A stretch of 64,000 nucleotides of DNA from Beijerinckiaceae bacterium (GTDB taxonomy: Bacteria > Pseudomonadota > Alphaproteobacteria > Rhizobiales > Beijerinckiaceae): contig JARLIW010000226.1 in NCBI GenBank assembly GCA_031291515.1, forward strand, positions 935 to 64,934. The letters are read 5' to 3'. The notes under the pieces are model-generated. The model made no database searches. It was not told the origin of the DNA and saw only the letters and a program-made list of their open reading frames with translations. Positions 56,672 to 64,000 of the stretch are shown here, piece by piece (positions within the stretch are counted from its first letter, which is position 1; each line of letters begins with the position of its first letter). Both the position numbers and the translations under genes were made by a program.

Positions 56672-57781
56672 TTATTTCAACATCTTCCGCTTCGGCCCTG
56701 GGGATTTTCCTGGGACTTTTTTCGCCGCCAGCGCATCCATGGCGTCGCGCACGTCATCGTCGAGGACATGGGCGTATTTGCCTGTCGTGGTGATGTCCTC
56801 GTGGCGAAGGAGTTTCTGTGCGATCTTGAGATTTCCGGTGTCACGCAAGATCCGGGTCGCGGCGGTATGGCGCAAATCGTGGAGCCGGAGGTTCGTTACC
56901 CCGGCGCGTTGGCAGGCGCGGGCGAAGGCGGCGAAGAAGGCGCGATAGGTCACGGGCGCGCCGGCTTCGTTGCGGAACACGGCGGTCTCGATATGATGAT
57001 CCCCGCGCAGCGGCCATAGAAATTCGCGCATCTCGGCCGAGAGCGGAATCGGCGACACTTTGCCGCCTTTGCCGCGGATCGAAACGCGCCGGCCGCCCCA
57101 ATCGATATCCGTCCATTTGAGACCGCAGCATTCGTTGGCTCGGCATCCGCCCACCAAGGCAAAGCGGACGATCGCGTGATAGGTGGGGGAAAGCACCGCG
57201 AAAATCGCGGCTTCCTCGGCTTCGCTCATATAGCGCACGCGCTCTTTCGGCTCCTTGAGCTTCAACTCGCGCCATTTGATCGGCGGCACGCTCTGGCCCC
57301 AGGATTCGGCGGCGCGGCGCAGGATGCGGCGCAGCGGCTCGATCACGCTGCGATTGACCGTCGCGTTGGAGACGCGCTTGGTGGCTGTCTTGGCCGCGCG
57401 GCGGATCATGATGTTGTCGACCCGATCGCTTCGGCGCTTCGCCACCAGGCCCGCGATCATGTCTTGCGTGAGGTCGCAGATCCGCGTGTCCTCGCCGAGA
57501 TGCTTGAGGACATAGTTGCTCGACCATTCGACTTGCTTGGTGTTCTTGGCATATTGCCCCGCCTCGATCCAATAGCGCGCGCAGGCGAGATCGAGCGTCA
57601 TGGGCTGATTCGTCCGCTGTTTCGCGGCCTCGGCCTCCTTGCGGACGCCGTCCTTGGCCGCGCGTTCGACTAGCTCAGCTTCCCGCCGGGACTTGCAGCC
57701 TGTAGAGCTCGAAAACCGACGACCGTCCCGTTGGAAGTCATAGACATAGGTTTCCGAGCCCTTGGGGCGATAGACGGACAT
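56672..57781 (-). CDS. int: tyrosine recombinase / phage integrase
   Basis: Catalytic R (GGCRANE), K (GKGGK), HDLRH, LRH, Y (TGKYAH). Confidence 0.95.
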   Translation of the reverse strand: MSVYRPKGSETYVYDFQRDGRRFSSSTGCKSRREAELVERAAKDGVRKEAEAAKQRTNQPMTLDLACARYWIEAGQYAKNTKQVEWSSNYVLKHLGEDTRICDLTQDMIAGLVAKRRSDRVDNIMIRRAAKTATKRVSNATVNRSVIEPLRRILRRAAESWGQSVPPIKWRELKLKEPKERVRYMSEAEEAAIFAVLSPTYHAIVRFALVGGCRANECCGLKWTDIDWGGRRVSIRGKGGKVSPIPLSAEMREFLWPLRGDHHIETAVFRNEAGAPVTYRAFFAAFARACQRAGVTNLRLHDLRHTAATRILRDTGNLKIAQKLLRHEDITTTGKYAHVLDDDVRDAMDALAAKKVPGKSPGPKRKMLK

Positions 57782-57987
57782 GCTTCAACCTTCCGGCGGC
57801 GGTCGCGGAACAGCGCGAGATCGGCGGGATCGTACATCCGGCGCATCCGGCGGGCGCCGTTCCCGACATGAATGAAGCGCAATTGGCCCGCGCGGACAAG
57901 AGTCCGGAGGGTGTCCCTCGAAATGCCGAGCGCCTGGGCCGCCTGCGCCGGGGTCAGCAGCGGTTCGAACGGGGCGATGTCGCTCAC
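57670..57987 (-). CDS. excisionase-like HTH protein
   Basis: LLTPAQAAQALGISRDTLRTLVRAGQL; GTG start behind GGAGGG; overlaps the int 5' end. Confidence 0.85.
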   Translation of the reverse strand: MSDIAPFEPLLTPAQAAQALGISRDTLRTLVRAGQLRFIHVGNGARRMRRMYDPADLALFRDRRRKVEACPSIAPRARKPMSMTSNGTVVGFRALQAASPGGKLS

Positions 57988-58511
57988 GGCGCGCCCTCCC
58001 GCTCCCAGCCGTCCCACATCGCCCTGAAATTGGCCTCGAACGCTTGGCATAGCGCCGGGCTGTCCAGCACGATCAGATCGTTGTCCTGCTGCTTGAGCCC
58101 GCTCGCCGAGAGGTTGGCCGCGCCCGAGCGCAGCGTGTGGCCGTCGATGCAATAGCTCTTGAGGTGCATGTAGGTGTCGCCGCGCTTGACCCGCGCGGTG
58201 ACGCCGGGCGTCGCCTCGAGCGCTTGCATCGGGCGGCTCGGCGGCCGCCCCTCGCGCTGGCCCTTGTCGAGATAGAGGCGGATCGCGACGCCGCGCTGGG
58301 CGGCCCGCGTCAAGGCCTCGATCACGGGATAATCGGTCAAGACGTAAGCGGCCATGTCGATCGAATTGACGGCGTCGTCGATCAGGCCGACGTCGATCTT
58401 TTCGAGGTTCTCGGCCGGAGCGTAGTGGATCGCGGCCGCGGGTTCGCTCGCCTGGGCGGCCGGGACAGGCGAGGCGAGGAGAATGGCGATGGTGATGAGG
58501 AGGTTGGTCAT
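57984..58511 (-). CDS. secreted PLD-family (Nuc-like) nuclease/phosphodiesterase
   Basis: Signal peptide; SIDMAAYVLTD; AAQRGV.IRLYLD; single HLKSYCID..GAAN (HxKxxxxD) motif. Confidence 0.85.
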   Translation of the reverse strand: MTNLLITIAILLASPVPAAQASEPAAAIHYAPAENLEKIDVGLIDDAVNSIDMAAYVLTDYPVIEALTRAAQRGVAIRLYLDKGQREGRPPSRPMQALEATPGVTARVKRGDTYMHLKSYCIDGHTLRSGAANLSASGLKQQDNDLIVLDSPALCQAFEANFRAMWDGWEREGAP

Positions 58512-58744
58512 TGTCGCGATTCCTTCGCGGCGAGTTCGGCGCAAATCTTTTCGACCAGGCTCCAAACCGTCGTCCGGCGATCATGGTTTTTGATTAAAAT
58601 GCCATGGTGGTAGTCGCGCCGTCCGCCAAAAGCGGCCGTCCGGGCGGCGCCAAGATAATCGCAGATGTCGTCGCCGCTGACATTTTGGACCGCTGCCGTC
58701 GCGACGATCTTATTATTGACCCGAATGTCGATGTAGAGGGACAT
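58508..58744 (-). CDS. phage hypothetical protein
   Basis: 78 aa; GGAG RBS; ATGA coupling to the next gene. Confidence 0.6.
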   Translation of the reverse strand: MSLYIDIRVNNKIVATAAVQNVSGDDICDYLGAARTAAFGGRRDYHHGILIKNHDRRTTVWSLVEKICAELAAKESRQ

Positions 58745-58774
58745 TCTTATTTCTCCGGTGGCGTGGGGAGGGAA

Positions 58775-59017
58775 TCAACCGCGAGACGGCTCATGCGTGG
58801 CCTCCCGATGGTCGGTCTTGTGCAAACCCGCCTCGCGATCGCCGGCGACTCCGATGAAATGCAACACGAATCTCAACACACATTCCAGGCGCTCGAACGG
58901 CTCCATGCGATCGAGATCGAGAAGGACGATGGCCTTCACTTTCTGAATCAACTGCGTGGTCGCGTCGTCGGTGGGCTGATCGCTCATTTTAGGTTCCTCG
59001 GTATCTTGCGCCGTCAT
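58775..59017 (-). CDS. phage hypothetical protein
   Basis: ATGA-coupled to the upstream ORF; helical core. Confidence 0.5.
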   Translation of the reverse strand: MTAQDTEEPKMSDQPTDDATTQLIQKVKAIVLLDLDRMEPFERLECVLRFVLHFIGVAGDREAGLHKTDHREATHEPSRG

Positions 59018-59211
59018 ACGAGCCTCTTTTCGATGGCGAGCCATTCCGGCAGGGTGATGGTGACGGCGCGGCCGGGCGCTTCGGGCGAGACCTCGCATTG
59101 CGACAGCGGCAGCCAGACGGATTTTTTCAGATCCCCGTCGTCGGAGACGCGCACGGCCCGATCGGTGCGGCTGTGCAAGATCATCGCGAGGTCGAGCAGG
59201 TCGGATTTCAT
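59014..59211 (-). CDS. conserved-looking small phage protein
   Basis: H..TDRAV.V..WLPLSQCE..ITLPEWLAIEK.L pattern; ATGA coupling. Confidence 0.7.
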   Translation of the reverse strand: MKSDLLDLAMILHSRTDRAVRVSDDGDLKKSVWLPLSQCEVSPEAPGRAVTITLPEWLAIEKRLV

Positions 59212-59423
59212 GGCGCGGACTCCAGCGCGTTCGCTAATTCGAGTAGCATGTCGAGGCCAGCGAGGGTTTGAAACCGCGCGAGCGGGAACGACGATAGCGG
59301 GCGCCAATTCGGGTCGCCGCGCATCTCCTGTCTGTATTTGACGGGATGGGCATCGCGCTTGTGCTGGAGCAGATAGGCGCTCTTGCGGAATGGTTTCCGG
59401 CAATAGGGGCATCTATGGCTCAT
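59208..59423 (-). CDS. C2H2 zinc-finger protein
   Basis: CPYC-RKP-F-RKSAY-L-LQ-H-KRDA-H; 4-nt overlaps at both ends. Confidence 0.75.
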   Translation of the reverse strand: MSHRCPYCRKPFRKSAYLLQHKRDAHPVKYRQEMRGDPNWRPLSSFPLARFQTLAGLDMLLELANALESAP

Positions 59424-60466
59424 GGCGCCGTCCTCGCCTTCGGTATCCCGTTATGCTCGACGCCGTCGAGCAGCCGGCCGGCGACTTTCTTGCCGACGCG
59501 CCAAAAATCTTCGGCATGCCGATGTCGCTCAAGCGCTTCATCGCCATGCGGCCACCACCCGACTTGATTTTCATGCAGCCATTCCCCATGCTGCTTGAAG
59601 TGAAAGGCCACGCCAGCCGCGTTGCATTGATCACGGATCGAGCGGGCCCAATCAGGATGCATCGGCCTCGCACCAGGTCCGGACTCGCCGCCGACGATGA
59701 TCCAGTCGAGACGCCGCAGCTTTTCTAGTCCCGGCGAGAACTGTCCTCGGGCGCGAAATCCTGCAGCGATTTCGATTGGGCGGGACAGCGCCCAACGAAG
59801 GTCGAGTGGCCCAAGCAATGGCTCCGCGCTGACGAAGCGCACAGCCGCCGGCGTCGCGAGCAGATCTGGCACGCGCGCGTCGGCGGTCGCTTGATCCTCG
59901 CAGGACACGCCGAGCCAGACGTTCGGGAGCGGCCAGGGGACCGAGCAATAGAGCGAGTAGAGATTGGCGTAACGCTTCAGGGACTCCCATGGCTCGACGC
60001 CCGATTGCGCCTCAAAGTGGACGCGTTCCAGCGGAAGCCTGCCAAGGACCGGAAGATCGCAGGTCGGAAGCGTGAATTTCCGCATCCGTTCCGGCCGCTT
60101 CGTCAAAACCTGAAACGTGTGCTGCGGGCAAAGCGCCATTACGGCGAAGATTTTATCGAGCCACGCGTCCGGCACGAAGTCGGCGAAGAGGTCCGTCATC
60201 GAACCAACGAAAATCATGCGCGGCTTGCGCCAGTGCAACGGCGCGAGCAGCATGGTCTCGTCGAAGAAGATTTCAATCTCGTCGAGATGGCCGCGCTTGT
60301 AGGCGAGGCCGGTGCCGAGGCGGAGGTTGATCGCCTCGGCATAGCAGTTGCGGCAGCCCTCGGAGACATGCGCGCAATGCCAGCCCAGCTTGCCCGTGGC
60401 CGTGTTGCGCGCGCGGACCGGCGTCCACGTAGCATCAGTCCATTCGATCGCGGATTTAGCGGCCAT
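59420..60466 (-). CDS. DUF5131 (phage Gp37/Gp68) family protein
   Basis: S.IEWTDATW, GC.NCYAE, IFVGSMTDLF, FQVLTKRPER, FVSAEPLLG, WIIVGGESG. Confidence 0.92.
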   Translation of the reverse strand: MAAKSAIEWTDATWTPVRARNTATGKLGWHCAHVSEGCRNCYAEAINLRLGTGLAYKRGHLDEIEIFFDETMLLAPLHWRKPRMIFVGSMTDLFADFVPDAWLDKIFAVMALCPQHTFQVLTKRPERMRKFTLPTCDLPVLGRLPLERVHFEAQSGVEPWESLKRYANLYSLYCSVPWPLPNVWLGVSCEDQATADARVPDLLATPAAVRFVSAEPLLGPLDLRWALSRPIEIAAGFRARGQFSPGLEKLRRLDWIIVGGESGPGARPMHPDWARSIRDQCNAAGVAFHFKQHGEWLHENQVGWWPHGDEALERHRHAEDFWRVGKKVAGRLLDGVEHNGIPKARTAP

Positions 60467-60674
60467 TGGCTTTCCTCTCGTCCGTCGGGCGCGGGCATCG
60501 ATCAGCGGACAGACAATGGAAGCCGTTCGCGCGAGGAAGTACCGCAAACTCGGAACCATCCTCGTCGTCGTCCGGACGATCCCAGCAGTCAGGCTCTTCA
60601 CAATCGTCACACCCGCATCGGCTAAAGCCGTCATAGGCGCAGCATAAAAACCCGCAAGCGTTACACATCGTCAT
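60456..60674 (-). CDS. small Cys/Asp-rich protein
   Basis: CNACGFLCCAYD..CGCDDCEEPDCW; GGAGGG RBS. Confidence 0.55.
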   Translation of the reverse strand: MTMCNACGFLCCAYDGFSRCGCDDCEEPDCWDRPDDDEDGSEFAVLPRANGFHCLSADRCPRPTDERKANGR

Positions 60675-61140
60675 TCCCTCCGTCTGCCGGAGAGAGGGCG
60701 GCGCGGGCAGCTTGCATGGCGTCATCAAGCTCATAAATGGCGCCGCAGTTGGTCTTTAATGTCGCGCCAAGTTTGTTTGGGTGGCGATGCTTGAAGGGCA
60801 CGGGGTGGCTTTCGCCATTCCAACCCGCCACGAGGTCACGAACACCGCTCAAAGCCTTTCCGTTTACAAGCCGAGCCAGGGCCGCTTCCAGTTTCGCGGT
60901 TCTCTCGCGTTCGGTAGCGAGGGCGGATTCGGCGATTGCAGCTCTTGCACATTCGTCGCCGAACTTCTCGACGTATGAAGCTGCAAGGCCAGCGATGCGA
61001 TTGGCATTCGATTCCGCCGCGTCGCACCGCGTGATCAGCGCCCGCATGTATCCGGCGAATTGATCATGGTACTGTGTGACGTGATCTTTCAGTGTTCTAA
61101 AGTCATCGTCGGACAAGGGCCTTATGGTTGGCGCGGTCAT
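60661..61140 (-). CDS. phage hypothetical protein with coiled coil
   Basis: 159 aa; GGAGGGG RBS; in the operon chain. Confidence 0.6.
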   Translation of the reverse strand: MTAPTIRPLSDDDFRTLKDHVTQYHDQFAGYMRALITRCDAAESNANRIAGLAASYVEKFGDECARAAIAESALATERERTAKLEAALARLVNGKALSGVRDLVAGWNGESHPVPFKHRHPNKLGATLKTNCGAIYELDDAMQAARAALSPADGGNDDV

Positions 61141-61419
61141 TTATTTCCCCTCCGGTTTCGTCAGCGTGTCGACGACCGCACAAGCCGCAACGCCGTTACC
61201 AATGGTGACAAGAACCGAGCCGGGTTTGCAGGTTTCGATTGTTTGGCTGCCAGCTGATAGCGGCATTGTCCGCGCCGAAAAAATTTGTATACATTGACCA
61301 TTAATCGCAATTTTGCTTGGGTCACAAATATCCCGGTCAGAGGTGCTTTGTGCCATTGCGCTACGCGCAAGCCCAGCCGACAAGAGAAGCGCAATAAGGG
61401 CGATGCGGGTCATGATCAT
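61141..61419 (-). CDS. small secreted four-Cys protein
   Basis: Signal peptide RIALIALLLSAGLARSAMA|Q; four Cys; locally lower GC. Confidence 0.6.
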   Translation of the reverse strand: MIMTRIALIALLLSAGLARSAMAQSTSDRDICDPSKIAINGQCIQIFSARTMPLSAGSQTIETCKPGSVLVTIGNGVAACAVVDTLTKPEGK

Positions 61420-61496
61420 GACCGGCTCTTGGCGCTCCGTGCGCGGCTTCTCGTTTGGGTTCGCGATGGTGATTCCGGGCTGGAGCATGGAGGGTC

Positions 61497-61712
61497 CTAT
61501 CGGGCGTGAATGGCGTGGACGGCGACGAAAATCAGGAGCGCGAGAACGCCGCCGAAGAGGCTTCCGAGAACGAACATGTCGACGAGCCGCCGTGTCGTGA
61601 CGCGCACGACCTCGTTGCGCTGGACCGTGGCGATCAGCTCCTCGAGGCGGTCGAGATCGTTCGGCGCGTCGTCCGATGCGGCGAGCGGCGTGGTCCGACG
61701 TGGCGGGGTCAC
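61497..61712 (-). CDS. small single-TM phage protein
   Basis: C-terminal hydrophobic helix MFVLGSLFGGVLALLIFVAV. Confidence 0.5.
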   Translation of the reverse strand: MTPPRRTTPLAASDDAPNDLDRLEELIATVQRNEVVRVTTRRLVDMFVLGSLFGGVLALLIFVAVHAIHAR

Positions 61713-61718
61713 CTTTGG

Positions 61719-62144
61719 TCATTGTGTTCCCCCAAATCGTCGTTGAATCGCGGTTGGGCCGCATGATTGAATTTTGCCAGCCGATCTTTGGGCTTTAGCT
61801 GCTTCAATGTCCTTGCGGTCGCGCCCGGCAAGCGCGGTAGACTTCGATTTGATGCCGAGATGTTTCTTGGAAACCGTATCGACTTTTGCCTTGCGCGCGA
61901 CTTCCCCGGCGGTCTTGATTTTATGCGCGCTCAGCAAGGCAGGCGCGAGATTGCTTTCGCGGTTCTCGCCACCATCGATGATCGCGATGACATGATCGGT
62001 TTCCCAAGCGTCTCCGGGCATGATCTTGATTTTGCTGATGTGGCAAATTCCGCCATGCGTTCGAAAATTGCGGAGCCTGACGCGCTCGGGGACCGGCGTG
62101 TTGGTGGTCTTGCCGATCCACTCGGGTACAGAGCGGGGAGTCAT
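61719..62144 (-). CDS. HNH endonuclease family protein
   Basis: DHVIAIIDGGENRESNL..H.IKT; EWIGKT..P.RVRLR N-terminus. Confidence 0.82.
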   Translation of the reverse strand: MTPRSVPEWIGKTTNTPVPERVRLRNFRTHGGICHISKIKIMPGDAWETDHVIAIIDGGENRESNLAPALLSAHKIKTAGEVARKAKVDTVSKKHLGIKSKSTALAGRDRKDIEAAKAQRSAGKIQSCGPTAIQRRFGGTQ

Positions 62145-63256
62145 ACAGCCCTCACAATGGTCAGTCGCTCCGCCGCGCGCGTGAGCCCCGTGTATAGCCA
62201 GCGCCGGGCATCATTGCGGAAAACGCCGCTTTCATCGAACAACATCACGTCGTCCCACTGCGAGCCCTGGGATTTATGGACCGTCAGGCAATAGCCGAAG
62301 GTAAAATGCTCGTTGAGCCGCAATTCGTTTTCGTCGAGATCGTCTTCCGTCCCATTGAAGAATGCGGTGTTGACTTTTATATCAACCTTCGTGGTGACAT
62401 CCGGTTCGTCCTCTGGCTTGACCACCATCTGAAGCCACGGCGCAGCGGAGCGCTTTTGTTTTTCGACGGTCCAGAGCGTGCCGTTGAGCAGCCCTTTATC
62501 CCGCTTGTTCTTGAGACACACGAGCTTTTCGCCGCGCTGCGGCCCCGGCTGCGTAATGCCTTTGCGCTCGCGAATTCGATTGTTGAAGGCGCGCCGGGTC
62601 TTATTCATGCCGCAGAGCACGATATCTGCGGCTAACACGGATTTAGGATCGAGATCGCTGCGCTTGATGACCTTGGCGGCCCCATGATCGCCGAATTCGA
62701 GGCGATGTCCTTCCCGAACATCGATCGACATCCGAATGATCGGGTTTTCGAGCGCCTGCCGGTGGATTTCCGTCAGCAATACGTCGGGGTTCGGCTTATC
62801 GGTGAAGAAACCAGCGCCGTTGACCGGCGGCAATTGCGCGGGATCGCCGAGCACTAGGACCGGCTTGCCGTAGGACAGGAGATCACGTCCAAGGTCGGGT
62901 CCGACCATCGAGCATTCGTCGATGATGATCAACTCGGCCTCGCATGCGATACCGTCTGGGTTGAGCCGGAAGATCGTCCGGCCATATTCATCGGTGTCCG
63001 TCCTGTAGATCATGCTGTGAATCGTCGAAGCGCCGTGACAGCCTTTCTTGCGCATGACGCTAGCGGCTTTCCCGGTGAATGCGCCGTAGAGGACCTTGCC
63101 GGGCAAACCTTCCGCGAAATGCTTGGCGAGCGTCGTCTTGCCCGTACCGGCGTAGCCGAAAAGTCGGAAGACTTGGCCCGGCGCGCCGTCGCGCAGCCAT
63201 GTGGCGACCGAAGTCAGGGCCGCGTCTTGCTGGGGAGACCACGAGAGCTGGGTCAT
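62141..63256 (-). CDS. RecD/Dda-like SF1B DNA helicase
   Basis: GYAGTGKTT, AFTGKAA, IIDECSMV, LGDPAQLPPV, TVHKSQGSQW, YTGLTRA. Confidence 0.92.
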   Translation of the reverse strand: MTQLSWSPQQDAALTSVATWLRDGAPGQVFRLFGYAGTGKTTLAKHFAEGLPGKVLYGAFTGKAASVMRKKGCHGASTIHSMIYRTDTDEYGRTIFRLNPDGIACEAELIIIDECSMVGPDLGRDLLSYGKPVLVLGDPAQLPPVNGAGFFTDKPNPDVLLTEIHRQALENPIIRMSIDVREGHRLEFGDHGAAKVIKRSDLDPKSVLAADIVLCGMNKTRRAFNNRIRERKGITQPGPQRGEKLVCLKNKRDKGLLNGTLWTVEKQKRSAAPWLQMVVKPEDEPDVTTKVDIKVNTAFFNGTEDDLDENELRLNEHFTFGYCLTVHKSQGSQWDDVMLFDESGVFRNDARRWLYTGLTRAAERLTIVRAV

Positions 63257-63714
63257 GCCGCCCTCCGACCAAGAGACGCGGCTTGCGGGCCGTCGATGAT
63301 TTCAAACACCCGGTCGCGAAGTTCCTGCGGCGTATTGCCGGTCAACCAGCGCGTGGTAATGACGAAAAGCGCGCGGTCAAGAAAGCGATTAAAACGCTCC
63401 TGCGACATGCTTTCGAACGCGATCGATCGCGGGATATAAGAGACCTCGCCGGTGTCCGGCGCTATCAGCGTCGTCACTTCATGCGTTGCAATTTTCACAA
63501 GATCGGCCGCTGCATCCTTATGCGGAATGCCTTCGACGTTATCGGCGATCACTTCCATCAACGCCCAGAAGAGACGAAGCTGTTTTGGATTCCGCGCCAT
63601 TTTGACATCGGCGACAACCTCCCGACCCTCCGGGATTTTGGCGATCGTCTCGAACCCGATATCATCGACGGGTTCGAGCATCTTGCCGTTGCGGCGCATG
63701 ATGACCTTCGCCAT
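63253..63714 (-). CDS. DUF1367/NinB-like phage protein
   Basis: ARNPKQLRLFWAL, PRSIAFESMSQERF. Confidence 0.75.
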   Translation of the reverse strand: MAKVIMRRNGKMLEPVDDIGFETIAKIPEGREVVADVKMARNPKQLRLFWALMEVIADNVEGIPHKDAAADLVKIATHEVTTLIAPDTGEVSYIPRSIAFESMSQERFNRFLDRALFVITTRWLTGNTPQELRDRVFEIIDGPQAASLGRRAA

Positions 63715-63715
63715 G

Positions 63716-64000
63716 TCAGACCTCCCCGATCTCGGCGCGGCGGTGTTCGTAGACCTTGATTAGGTCTTCCTTGTCGGGCGGGAGCATCACGGCTTCGTGG
63801 ATTTGCACGATTAGGTCGTAGGCAGCATTCAGCGCCCACAGGTCGACCGCTTCCGTCGCGGCGGCGGTGAACCGCTCGCGGACGTCTTCGGGGTCATAGG
63901 CGGGCGCCTGAGCGGCTTTGACGGGCTCTGGCTTGGATTGAGCAACCGAAGACGTAGGTACGGGTGCACGGCGCTGCTGAGGGGCGCGCTGTTCGACCTG
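63716..64000 (-). CDS. C-terminal part of a phage protein (possibly a recombination protein), truncated by the window edge
   Basis: Open frame from the window end to TGA at 63716 (..YDPEDVRERF..VYEHRRAEIGEV*); function guessed from position only. Confidence 0.55.
   Translation of the reverse strand, partial: QVEQRAPQQRRAPVPTSSVAQSKPEPVKAAQAPAYDPEDVRERFTAAATEAVDLWALNAAYDLIVQIHEAVMLPPDKEDLIKVYEHRRAEIGEV

Larger units (their letters stand above)
56660..64000 (-). mobile_element. prophage (integration/early region; continues beyond the window)
   Basis: tRNA junction, integrase, Xis-like gene and a chain of tightly coupled short minus-strand ORFs typical of phage early operons. Confidence 0.92.

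Noticed and set aside
56618-56695. Intact tRNA-Gly or intron-containing tRNA
   Set aside because: No T-arm or 3' acceptor strand follows; the integrase begins 12 nt after the anticodon arm, and no group I intron features are seen.
57988-58584. 304-aa ORF suggesting a large Xis fusion
   Set aside because: The upstream part is an alternative frame of the PLD gene; the HTH begins at GTG 57987 with its own RBS.

Overview
GC-rich chromosomal window from an alphaproteobacterium of the Hyphomicrobiales (Rhizobiales) type. This is inferred from gcrA-argD-argF-hslO synteny, a Sinorhizobium-like che operon and CtrA/CcrM motifs; no finer taxonomy is supportable. Bases 1-56.6 kb are mostly core genes: lepA, kup, mutS, cheS-Y1-A-W-R-B-Y2-D-T, slyX, mntH/mntR, gyrB, a TonB-dependent receptor plus TonB behind a Zur-like box, eutBC, a KirBac channel, olsB/olsA, phoR-pstSCAB-phoU-phoB, gcrA, argD/F/E, hslO, apaG, metZ and dcd. 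From 56.6 kb a prophage early region runs off the end of the window. It contains a tyrosine integrase, an Xis-like HTH, a secreted PLD/Nuc nuclease, a C2H2 finger, DUF5131, an HNH protein, a RecD/Dda-like helicase and a DUF1367-like protein. Four observations stand out. (1) The prophage abuts a promoter-bearing 5' half of tRNA-Gly(CCC) whose 3' half is not restored at this junction. (2) A single small gene is bracketed by two diverged copies of the lepA 3' end, with no integrase. (3) A divergent SAM-II-like leader precedes metZ. (4) The gcrA promoter carries a dense GANTC cluster plus a CtrA-like box. All family assignments come from reading motifs by eye; no searches were run.
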